DNA of 64,000 nt from Dehalococcoidia bacterium (GTDB lineage: Bacteria; Chloroflexota; Dehalococcoidia; UBA2979), in the NCBI GenBank assembly GCA_965219085.1, contig OZ244720.1:1120001-1184000 (forward strand), written 5' to 3'. This document shows, in pieces, positions 56,683 through 64,000 of the stretch (positions are counted from its first letter, which is position 1; every line of letters begins with the position of its first letter). The notes below the pieces were generated by a model that ran no database searches, was not told the DNA's origin, and saw only the letters and a list, made by a program, of their open reading frames with translations. Made by a program: the position numbers and the translations under genes.

Positions 56683-59140
56683 CAACTCACCAGACCCTGA
56701 GATGGAGCGTCGCCTCCGCGATCACTTCGCCGCCGAGGAACCAGACCTGCGCGCCCCGGACGACCTGTGGGACCGCCTCGAAAGCCAACTGGGGGAACAA
56801 CAACCGCCGCGCCTCAGCCTGCTGCGCGGCGGATTGAACTGGACGGCGGAACGGCCGTGGCTGGCGACGGCTGCGGCGGCGGTGCTGGTCCTTGCGATCG
56901 GTGTGACGACGTGGAGCCTTATTGGTGGTGGTGATGGCGTCGACGGCGATGACGCCGAGATGGCAGCGAGCGTCGCGACCACAGGCGAGACGTCATCGAC
57001 CGCGGCCACAACCTCCTCGAGCTCCGCAACCACGACCACCGCCGGTTCGACCGGCACGACGACCTCGTCGGTAACGACCCCGGACAGCGCGTCCGACGAG
57101 GCGAGCGACGGTGACGCGGGGGAGACCTCGACGTTGTCGGACTCGGCGAGCTCCGATCGCGCGGAGTCCGCGGCCACCGCGGAGCCCGAGCCGACGCAGA
57201 CTGCCGCGCGCGTGCTACAGACGCCTCCACCTGCCACGAGCACACCGCCAGCCGCGACCGTGACACAGCCGCCCGCCACCGCGACGCCACCTCCCGCCAG
57301 CGCCTCGCCCGTCGCCACCGCGGAGCCGACTCCCGCTCCCGCGGTCGTCGTGGCTCCGAGCCCGACCCCGGCCCCTGTGGTCGCCGTGCCGCCACGCCCG
57401 ACGCCACCATCGGACGGGGCCGACGAGGGTGACGCCATTACTCCTACTCCTCCGGCCGACGGTACGCCCGCCGAGGCGGATGACGCCGCGCCAACTGAGC
57501 CCCAGGCGGAGGCCGACGGCACGGCCGATGACGGCTATGGCGGCATGGACGACGCCGACGCCATGGGCGAAGGCGACATGGACGACTCCGGCGGCGTCGG
57601 CGACGACGCGATAGATGCGCAGGCCGAGCCACAGGCCGAGCCACAGGCCGAGCCGCAGCCCGCACCCACCCCCGAACCCAGCCCGCCCGTCCCGCAGCGG
57701 CAGCAGCCCACGGACACCACGTTCGAGGACTACGAGCGCATGTCCTTCGTCGACACGTCCGTCGACGCCGTCTCGACCTTCAGCCTCGACACGGACCGCA
57801 CCTCGTACTTCCTCGCGCTCAACTGGGCCCGCAACGGCTACACCGTCGAGCCCGACTCCGTGCGCGCCGAGGAGTGGATCAACGCCTTCAACTACGGCTA
57901 CAGCGAGCCTGGCGACGACCGCTCATTCGCCATCACCAGCGACGTGGTGGGGCACCCCCTCGACGCCGACCGGCACCTCGCGCGCGTCACCTTCCAGGCG
58001 CCGGAGTTTCGCGACGACACTCCGCTCAACGTGACCCTCGTGCTCGACGCGTCGGGCTCGATGTCGCGTGGCAACCGTGTCGCCATCGCGCGCGAGGCGG
58101 CGGAGACCATCCGCGAAAGCCTCGGCCCCGACGACCGCATCGCCGTGGTGCACTTCTCGACCCGTGTCCTGGACCAGTACACCGTCGAGCACAGCGCGCC
58201 CGACGACGCGGATGTCGTGCGGTCGATCACCCGGCTCGCCGCGCACGACACCACCAACGTGCAGGCCGGCCTCGACCTCGGCGTCGAGCTGGCCGACGCC
58301 GCCCGCCGCGAGCGGCCCGACGCCTTCAACTACATCATCCTGATGTCCGACGGCGTCGCGAACGTCGACGCCACCGACCCGTTCGCCATCCTCGAGTCGG
58401 CGAGCGACTCCGACAGCAGCAACCCGCTGCGGCTCATCACCGTCGGCGTCGGCATCGAGAACTACAACGACGTCCTGCTGGAGCAGCTCGCCCAGCACGG
58501 CAACGGCTGGTACCGCTACCTGGACGACACCACGCAGGCGCGCGAGACCTTCAGCCGCGAGCGCTGGCTCGCACTCTCCACGCCCTTCGCCGACCAGACG
58601 CGCGCCCAGGTGACGTGGGACCCAACGGTCGTGCGTAGCTGGCGCATCGTGGGCTACGAGAACCGCGTGACGCCGGACCACACGTTCGAGCAGAACCGCA
58701 AGGAGTTCGCCGAACTCCCCGCCGGCGCCGCCACCACCGTGTTCTACGAGCTCGAACTATGGAGCAACGCCGGTCTCCCGCAGGCTCTGGGCAGCGTCGA
58801 GGTGCGCTGGGTGGAGCCCGCCAGCGGCGAGTCGCGGTCACAGACCGCCGAGGTGTCCGACCGTACCGACGTGTCGTTCGGCAGTGGCGACCACCTGCTC
58901 CGCCTCGGCGCCATCGTCGGCCTCGCGGCCGACCGCTACAGCCGCCTCTCGACGCAAGTCGAGGGCCAGACCGTCGACGCGGCCGGCGTGCACGCCGACC
59001 TCGCGGCACTGCAGCGCGAGCTCGACGCCATCGCAAGCCGCCTCGGCTCGACCGAGGCGTACCGCGACTTCGACTTCCTCCTCGACGCGATCACGGACGC
59101 CGCCGAGGCGCTCGCGCCGTCCTCGGGGTACAGCCGATAG
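56672..59140 (+). CDS. Membrane-anchored YfbK-like vWA protein with anti-sigma-like N-terminus
   Basis: TM helix, low-complexity linker, STFSLDTD, VRAEEWINAF, VLDASGSM (MIDAS), RIVGYENR. Confidence 0.9.
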   Translation: MMRNNSPDPEMERRLRDHFAAEEPDLRAPDDLWDRLESQLGEQQPPRLSLLRGGLNWTAERPWLATAAAAVLVLAIGVTTWSLIGGGDGVDGDDAEMAASVATTGETSSTAATTSSSSATTTTAGSTGTTTSSVTTPDSASDEASDGDAGETSTLSDSASSDRAESAATAEPEPTQTAARVLQTPPPATSTPPAATVTQPPATATPPPASASPVATAEPTPAPAVVVAPSPTPAPVVAVPPRPTPPSDGADEGDAITPTPPADGTPAEADDAAPTEPQAEADGTADDGYGGMDDADAMGEGDMDDSGGVGDDAIDAQAEPQAEPQAEPQPAPTPEPSPPVPQRQQPTDTTFEDYERMSFVDTSVDAVSTFSLDTDRTSYFLALNWARNGYTVEPDSVRAEEWINAFNYGYSEPGDDRSFAITSDVVGHPLDADRHLARVTFQAPEFRDDTPLNVTLVLDASGSMSRGNRVAIAREAAETIRESLGPDDRIAVVHFSTRVLDQYTVEHSAPDDADVVRSITRLAAHDTTNVQAGLDLGVELADAARRERPDAFNYIILMSDGVANVDATDPFAILESASDSDSSNPLRLITVGVGIENYNDVLLEQLAQHGNGWYRYLDDTTQARETFSRERWLALSTPFADQTRAQVTWDPTVVRSWRIVGYENRVTPDHTFEQNRKEFAELPAGAATTVFYELELWSNAGLPQALGSVEVRWVEPASGESRSQTAEVSDRTDVSFGSGDHLLRLGAIVGLAADRYSRLSTQVEGQTVDAAGVHADLAALQRELDAIASRLGSTEAYRDFDFLLDAITDAAEALAPSSGYSR

Positions 59141-59143
59141 CCC

Positions 59144-59208
59144 GCCCTCCCGGCGATCGGCCCGGCAGCCGCGTGGCGGCTCGCCGGGCCGGTAGCCGGG
59201 GCGAGGGC
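59144..59208. terminator. Long GC-rich hairpin after the vWA gene
   Basis: GCCCTC..CCGGC..GGCCCGGC / GCCGGGCC..GCCGG..GAGGGC. Confidence 0.55.
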
Positions 59209-59288
59209 CCTCATCTTCGTCGCGGCCACCGACCGGTGTGACCTGTATGGTAGAAGCGGTGAGTGTCGTTCTACCTGAAGGAACCTCA

Positions 59289-59546
59289 GTGGCGCTGAAC
59301 ATCAAGAACGAAGAGACCTGCAAGCTCGCCCGCGAGTTGGCCGAGCTGACCGGCGAGACGATGACCGGCGCCATCACGGTCGCACTCCGCGAGCGACTCG
59401 AGCGCGAGCGGCGTGAGCGTAGCGTCGAGGCCCGCAAACAGGAGCTGCTGGCCATCGGCCGGCGGGCTGCGCGCCTGCTTGGGGATGGGCCGTCCGCAGT
59501 CGACCACGGAGACCTGCTATACGACGAGCACGGCCTCCCGAAGTGA
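59289..59546 (+). CDS. vapB: VapB antitoxin (Rv0623-like), copy 1
   Basis: LNIKNEETCKLARELAELTGETMTGAI...LYDEHGLPK. Confidence 0.9.
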   Translation: MALNIKNEETCKLARELAELTGETMTGAITVALRERLERERRERSVEARKQELLAIGRRAARLLGDGPSAVDHGDLLYDEHGLPK

Positions 59547-59619
59547 TCGTAGACGCGCCGGCGGTGCGGGCGCTGTATGGTAGACACTGCGATCCCGATT
59601 CTACCTCGAAGGATGTCCG

Positions 59620-59877
59620 GTGAGCCTGAACATCAAGAACGAAGAGACCTGCAACCTCGCCCGCGAGTTGGCGGAGCTGACCGGCGAGACGATGACGGGC
59701 GCGATCACCATCGCACTCCGCGAGCGACTCGAGCGCGAGCAGCGTCAGCGTAGCGTCGAGGCCCGCAAACAGGAGCTGATGGCCATCGGCCGGCGGGTTG
59801 CGCGCAACCTGCGCCCGGGCCCGTCGGCCGTCGAGCACGGCGACTGGTTATACGATGAGCACGGGCTGCCGAAGTGA
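59620..59877 (+). CDS. vapB: VapB antitoxin (Rv0623-like), copy 2
   Basis: Near-identical paralog; stop overlaps vapC start (GTGA). Confidence 0.92.
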   Translation: MSLNIKNEETCNLARELAELTGETMTGAITIALRERLEREQRQRSVEARKQELMAIGRRVARNLRPGPSAVEHGDWLYDEHGLPK

Positions 59878-60078
59878 TCGTCGACACATCGGCGCTCGTC
59901 GCTGTGCTGTTCGCCGAGCCTGATGCCGAGCGCTATGCGCAGGCGATAAGCGATGCCGAGCACTGCCGGATGTCCGCCGCGAACTTTCTAGAGGCCGCGA
60001 TGGTCGTCGAAGGGCGAGGTGACTCCGGCTCCGCTGACGATCTCGACCGCTTCGTGGAGAGGGCTCCCATCGAGTTAG

Positions 60079-61371
60079 CAGGGTGCTGAAAAAGGCGCGG
60101 CCATCTGGCAGGATAGCGAAGGCGGCGGGGGCGTAGCCTGGGAGGCAGCCCCGTGCGAGGCGACGCCGAGCGCCAGACCAACATGTTGCTGGCGGTGACG
60201 CCGGACTCCTTCATCCCGGACGACCACCCGATCCGACGCATCAAGCCGATCGTCGATGCAGCGCTGCAGCGGCTCTCGCCGCTCTTCGGCACGATGTACG
60301 CAACGAGCGGGCGGCCCTCGATCCCGCCCGAGCACCTGCTCAAGGCGAGCCTGCTGATCGCGCTCTACTCGATCCGCAGCGAGCGCCAGTTCTGCGAGCG
60401 GCTGCGCTACGACCTGCTCTTCAAGTGGTTCTTGGACCTCAACATCTCAGACGCGCCGTTCGACGCCTCGAGCTTCTCGAAGAACCGCGAGCGCCTGCTC
60501 GCAGCCGATGTCGCGCGCGCCTTCTTCGCCGAGGTGGTGGCCGAGGCAAAGCGCCGCCGGCTGCTCTCCGCCGAGCACTTCACCGTGGACGGGACGCTGC
60601 TGGAGGCCTGGGCCTCGCTCAAGAGCTACCGCCCGCGCGACGGGCAGGAGCCACCCCCGGGCGGACGCAACCCGGACGTGGACTTCCGCGGGCGGCGGCG
60701 CAGCCGCGATACGCATAGCTCCGGCACCGACCCGCAGGCGCAGCTGTACACAAAGGGAGCGGGGCAGACGGCGAAACTGAGCTACATGGGCCATCTGCTC
60801 ACCGAGAACCGTCACGGCCTGGTGCTGGACGTGGAGTTGACCGAGGCGAACGGGTACGCCGAGCGCGAGGCCGCGGTCACGATGCTGGAGCGCAGCGTGA
60901 GCGGCTGCGGGACGCTGGGCGCCGACCGCGGCTACGACACGCGCGACTTCGTGGCGGAACTGCGCGCGCGCGGCGTGACGCCGCACGTGGCGCAAAACGA
61001 CCGCGGCCGCCGCAGCGCCGTGGACGGGCGCACCACGCGGCATCGCGGCTACAGGCAGAGTCAGCAGCGGCGCAAGATCGTGGAGCAGGTCTTCGGCTGG
61101 ATGAAGACCGTGGGCGGCGGGCGCAAGCTGCGTTTCGTGGGCCGCGAGCGCAACCGCGGCTGGCTGGAGCTCACCGCCGCCGCCTACAACCTCGTGCGCA
61201 TGGCCAGGCTCGAACTCGCCCCTGCGTAGGCGCAGTGCGCCCTCCGGCCGGTCCGGGAGCCCTCAGAGGCCCCCGGGGGCAGGTCAGGAGGCCACCATCA
61301 CGAAGCCGGAGGCGGCTTCAAGCCGCCTCTCGCCACTCCGAGACCCCGGAAGGCGCTTCTTCAGCACCCTG
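60079..61371 (+). mobile_element. IS5-family (DUF772-type) element
   Basis: IRs CAGGGTGCTGAA / TTCAGCACCCTG; TTAG duplicated at 60075 and 61372. Confidence 0.95.
60153..61229 (+). CDS. IS5-family transposase
   Basis: GRPSIPPE, YSIRSERQ, HFTVDGTL, LGADRGYD, RKIVEQVFGWMK. Confidence 0.95.
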   Translation: MRGDAERQTNMLLAVTPDSFIPDDHPIRRIKPIVDAALQRLSPLFGTMYATSGRPSIPPEHLLKASLLIALYSIRSERQFCERLRYDLLFKWFLDLNISDAPFDASSFSKNRERLLAADVARAFFAEVVAEAKRRRLLSAEHFTVDGTLLEAWASLKSYRPRDGQEPPPGGRNPDVDFRGRRRSRDTHSSGTDPQAQLYTKGAGQTAKLSYMGHLLTENRHGLVLDVELTEANGYAEREAAVTMLERSVSGCGTLGADRGYDTRDFVAELRARGVTPHVAQNDRGRRSAVDGRTTRHRGYRQSQQRRKIVEQVFGWMKTVGGGRKLRFVGRERNRGWLELTAAAYNLVRMARLELAPA

Positions 61372-61592
61372 TTAGAGCCCGTCACGGCGGACCATGCGCA
61401 GCGCGCACGCCGCGCGTGGCGGCGGTTCGGGAAGGGCAACCACCCGGCGGGGCTGAACTTCGGTGACTGCTTCGCCTACGCGCTCGCCGAGGCCGCGCGT
61501 GAGCCGCTGCTGTTCAAGGGCGAGGACTTCGCGCTCACCGACATCGACGCGGCCTGAAACCTCATCCCGCCACGCCGCGAGGAGCGCACCAG

Positions 61593-62471
61593 ATGCCCGA
61601 CGCCCGCGCTCGCCACGTCGTGCTGACCGGGGCGACCTCGGGCATCGGCCTCGCGGCGGCGCGAGGTCTCGCCGCCGCGGGCGCGCGCCTCACGCTCGTC
61701 GGGCGCGACGAGGCGCGGCTGGCCGCGCTCGCCTTGGAGCTCGGGGGCGGCCCGGAGTCGGGTGGCGCGGACTGGGTCGCCGCCGACCTCGCGAGCCTCG
61801 CGCAGACGCGGGCCGCGGCGGCCGAGATCCGCGAGCGTCACGACCGCGTCGACGTGCTCATCAACAACGCCGGCGGCATGTTCCGCCACCGTGAGGAGAC
61901 CGCCGAGGGCATCGAGTTGACGCTCGCGCTCAACCACCTCTCGCCGTTCGTGCTCACCTCGGAGCTGCTGCCGCTGCTCCGCGCCGCGGCGGACGCCGAC
62001 CGCGGCTTCGGGGCGCGCATCGTCAACGTCGCGTCGAGCGCGCACCGCTCCGGCGTGCGCTGGGACGATATCCAGTGCGAGCGCGACTACTCGCTGATAC
62101 GCGCGTACGGGCAGAGCAAGGCGCTGATGGTGATGACCACCATCGAGCTGGCCCGACGCCTCGAGGGGTCAGGCGTCGCCGCGAACAGCATGCACCCGGG
62201 CGTCGTGCGCACCGGCATCGTGCAAAAGTCGGGCCACGGGATCGTCGGCACGCTGATCGTGCTCGGCGGGTACATCGTGCTCGCCACGCCGAGACGCGGC
62301 GCGTCGCACCTCGTGCGGCTCGCGCTCTCGGACGAGGTGGCGGGCGTGACCGGTACCTACTGGAACAAACGCCGCGTCGAGGAGCCGTCCGAGGAGGCTC
62401 GCGATCGCGGGAACCAGGAGCGGGCGTGGCGGCTGTCGGAGCAACTCGCCGGGATGACGGCGACCGCCTGA
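61593..62471 (+). CDS. Short-chain dehydrogenase/reductase (retinol dehydrogenase-like)
   Basis: TGATSGIG, NNAG, YGQSK, HPGVVRT. Confidence 0.95.
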   Translation: MPDARARHVVLTGATSGIGLAAARGLAAAGARLTLVGRDEARLAALALELGGGPESGGADWVAADLASLAQTRAAAAEIRERHDRVDVLINNAGGMFRHREETAEGIELTLALNHLSPFVLTSELLPLLRAAADADRGFGARIVNVASSAHRSGVRWDDIQCERDYSLIRAYGQSKALMVMTTIELARRLEGSGVAANSMHPGVVRTGIVQKSGHGIVGTLIVLGGYIVLATPRRGASHLVRLALSDEVAGVTGTYWNKRRVEEPSEEARDRGNQERAWRLSEQLAGMTATA

Positions 62472-62481
62472 GCCCTCGGCG

Positions 62482-62840
62482 CTACACCTCTTCGCTGCCT
62501 CCCGGCCGAACTCGTACTCGCCTCCGCGTCACGACGGCTGTCTTCGCGCATCGCCTCGGAGTACTCGTCAATGAGATGACGCATGGCAGTGACCTTCTCG
62601 GCGACTGACATCTCGGTGAAGCGAATGATGCACGGGTGCGGCAGCCGGCGTACGAAGACAAGCTCGCCAAGTCCTTGTCTTCGGTGATCAGTATCCGATG
62701 CTCTCCGAAAGCCATCCCAGGCAACTCGTCGTAGTAGCCCGAGGCGCCCCGTCCAACGCTGACAGCACATCATGGCCCAGGCCCGCGAGGGTGCCGTGCA
62801 TGCGGCGAGACGCAGCACACGCGTCGAGGAGAAACCTCAA
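62482..62840 (-). pseudogene. DUF5615 PIN-like toxin, multiply frameshifted
   Basis: Fragments in three frames: RFLLDAC..LGHDV / RILITEDKD / GELVFVRRLPHPCIIRF / AVVTRRRVRVR. Confidence 0.8.
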
Positions 62841-63090
62841 GACTCGCGGACGGGCACGAGCTCTGCACTCGCTCACCGGCGATGGAGCGGTGAGCGAAGA
62901 TCAGGCACGCCTGGATGTCTTCCGGCTCCAGCGCCGGGTACTCGCGGAGGATGGTCTCGGCGGAGTCTCCAGCCGCCAGCATCCCCAACACATGCTCCGC
63001 GGCGATGCGCATGTCGCGGATGATCGGCTTCCCGCCGAGCACGCCCGCGCGAACCGTGATGCGATCCAGAAGCTCGGGTTGAGATGTCAC
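62770..63090 (-). CDS. DUF433 antitoxin; the natural stop near 62837 appears lost to a 1-bp frameshift
   Basis: RITVRAGVLGGKPIIRDMRI...ILREYPALEPEDIQACL. Confidence 0.88.
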   Translation of the reverse strand: MTSQPELLDRITVRAGVLGGKPIIRDMRIAAEHVLGMLAAGDSAETILREYPALEPEDIQACLIFAHRSIAGERVQSSCPSASLEVSPRRVCCVSPHARHPRGPGP

Positions 63091-63150
63091 TGGCGTCCCC
63101 CTGTTCCGGACTCCCCCTCGTTCTCGCGGAGCCCGCCTGAGGCCTCGGCG

Positions 63151-64000
63151 CTACGCCGCCACGTCCTCCGCCGCGCGCGCCGGCATCGGCGCGAACGCCG
63201 CGATGACCGTCGCGATCGCGGCGATGCAGCCCGAGTAGACCACGACGCCGTGGAAGTCCCACTGCGTGTTGATGGCCCCGGCGACCACGGGCGAGATCGC
63301 GCCGACGATCGCACCGCCCGTGAACAGCATCGCCACCGCCGAGCCCTCGCTGCCCCCGGCCACCGACTCCATCGCCGCCGCCATCATGATCGAGTTGACC
63401 GAGAAGAGCACGATGCCGAGCAGCGCGAGCGCGACCGTCAGCCCCACCCCGCGATCGACCCACAGGAACGCGAAGAGCAGCAGCGTCATCGTGATCAGCC
63501 CGAACATGATCACCGGCCGCCGCCCGATGCGGTCTGAGACCGCCCCCATCACCGGCCCGGCGAGGATGCCGAGCAGCGTCAGCAGCCCGAGGTGGAACCC
63601 CACGGCCACGTCGGAGTAGCCGAGGTCCTCGTTCATGTAGAGCACGAGGAACGTCGCGAAGGAGAGGTGCGCCATCCCGCGCAGCGCCGTCACCGCGACC
63701 AGCGCGAGCACCGTCGTGTTGCGGAACAGCGGGCGCGCCGTGGCGAGGTACTCGCGCAGCTGCAGGCTCATCTGCCCCGCGCTCTCCGCGGACTTGAAAC
63801 GCATGAGGATGACGACCCCGGTCAGGATCGCCGGGCCGACGTGCAAAAGCGCGACCGTGCGCCAGTCGAAGCCGCCCCACTGCAAGCCGGCGAAGCTCAC
63901 GCCGCCGAGCAGCACGCCGATCACGAATGGCGCCGAGGAGTCGCCGATCGACCCGCCGGAGCGGTGCGCGGCGATCGCGAACGCGCGGCGCTCCGGGTAG
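63151..64000 (-). CDS. MFS transporter, 5' end beyond the window
   Basis: GAVSDRIGRRPV motif; multiple TM helices; frame open to the edge. Confidence 0.9.
   Translation of the reverse strand, partial: YPERRAFAIAAHRSGGSIGDSSAPFVIGVLLGGVSFAGLQWGGFDWRTVALLHVGPAILTGVVILMRFKSAESAGQMSLQLREYLATARPLFRNTTVLALVAVTALRGMAHLSFATFLVLYMNEDLGYSDVAVGFHLGLLTLLGILAGPVMGAVSDRIGRRPVIMFGLITMTLLLFAFLWVDRGVGLTVALALLGIVLFSVNSIMMAAAMESVAGGSEGSAVAMLFTGGAIVGAISPVVAGAINTQWDFHGVVVYSGCIAAIATVIAAFAPMPARAAEDVAA

Larger units (their letters stand above)
59874..61557 (+). pseudogene. vapC: VapC toxin interrupted by an IS
   Basis: MIVDTSALVA...PIEL joins in frame to EPVTADHA...GKGNHPAGLNFGDCFAYALA...LLFKGEDF after IS removal. 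Confidence 0.93.
62464..63154. repeat. 22-bp direct repeat (62464-62485 and 63133-63154) of the SDR/MFS convergent junction around a TA module
   Basis: CCGCCTGAG(C/G)CCTCGGCGCTAC, 21/22; contains both stop codons. Confidence 0.82.

Noticed and set aside
59209-61570. Flanking direct repeat around the vapBBC module (CCTCATC)
   Set aside because: Only 7 bp match, not distinguishable from chance.

Overview
A very GC-rich bacterial window. It is most consistent with a Chloroflexota/Dehalococcoidia-like organism, possibly host (sponge) associated; this is inferred from gene content only. Core genes: mnmA, two tRNA-Ser, an amidase with small partner, a cis-prenyltransferase, two ECF sigma/anti-sigma pairs, DipZ-like thioredoxins, MFS, MMPL, YIP1, nitroreductase and SDR. 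These are interleaved with large exported proteins (LRR+RCC1, two cadherin/beta-propeller proteins, an Ig-rich S-layer-like protein, a thioester-less alpha-2-macroglobulin), a class F sortase, four toxin-antitoxin modules, three full IS elements and IS remnants. Main observations: (1) four, possibly five, accessory cassettes sit between direct repeats that duplicate the 3' end of the neighbouring core gene, with no integrase in the window; (2) a sortase/surface-protein locus in which four exported proteins share an unnamed ~75-aa C-terminal domain, flanked by two convergent arrays of DUF1640/CCDC90-like coiled-coil genes and marked by nine copies of a GCGRGG-TAT-CCYCGC palindrome; (3) an IS3-split CxxC/Tat precursor ending in a symmetric six-Cys peptide, followed by a likely immunity gene; (4) a lower-GC P-loop NTPase cassette that is a candidate defence gene.
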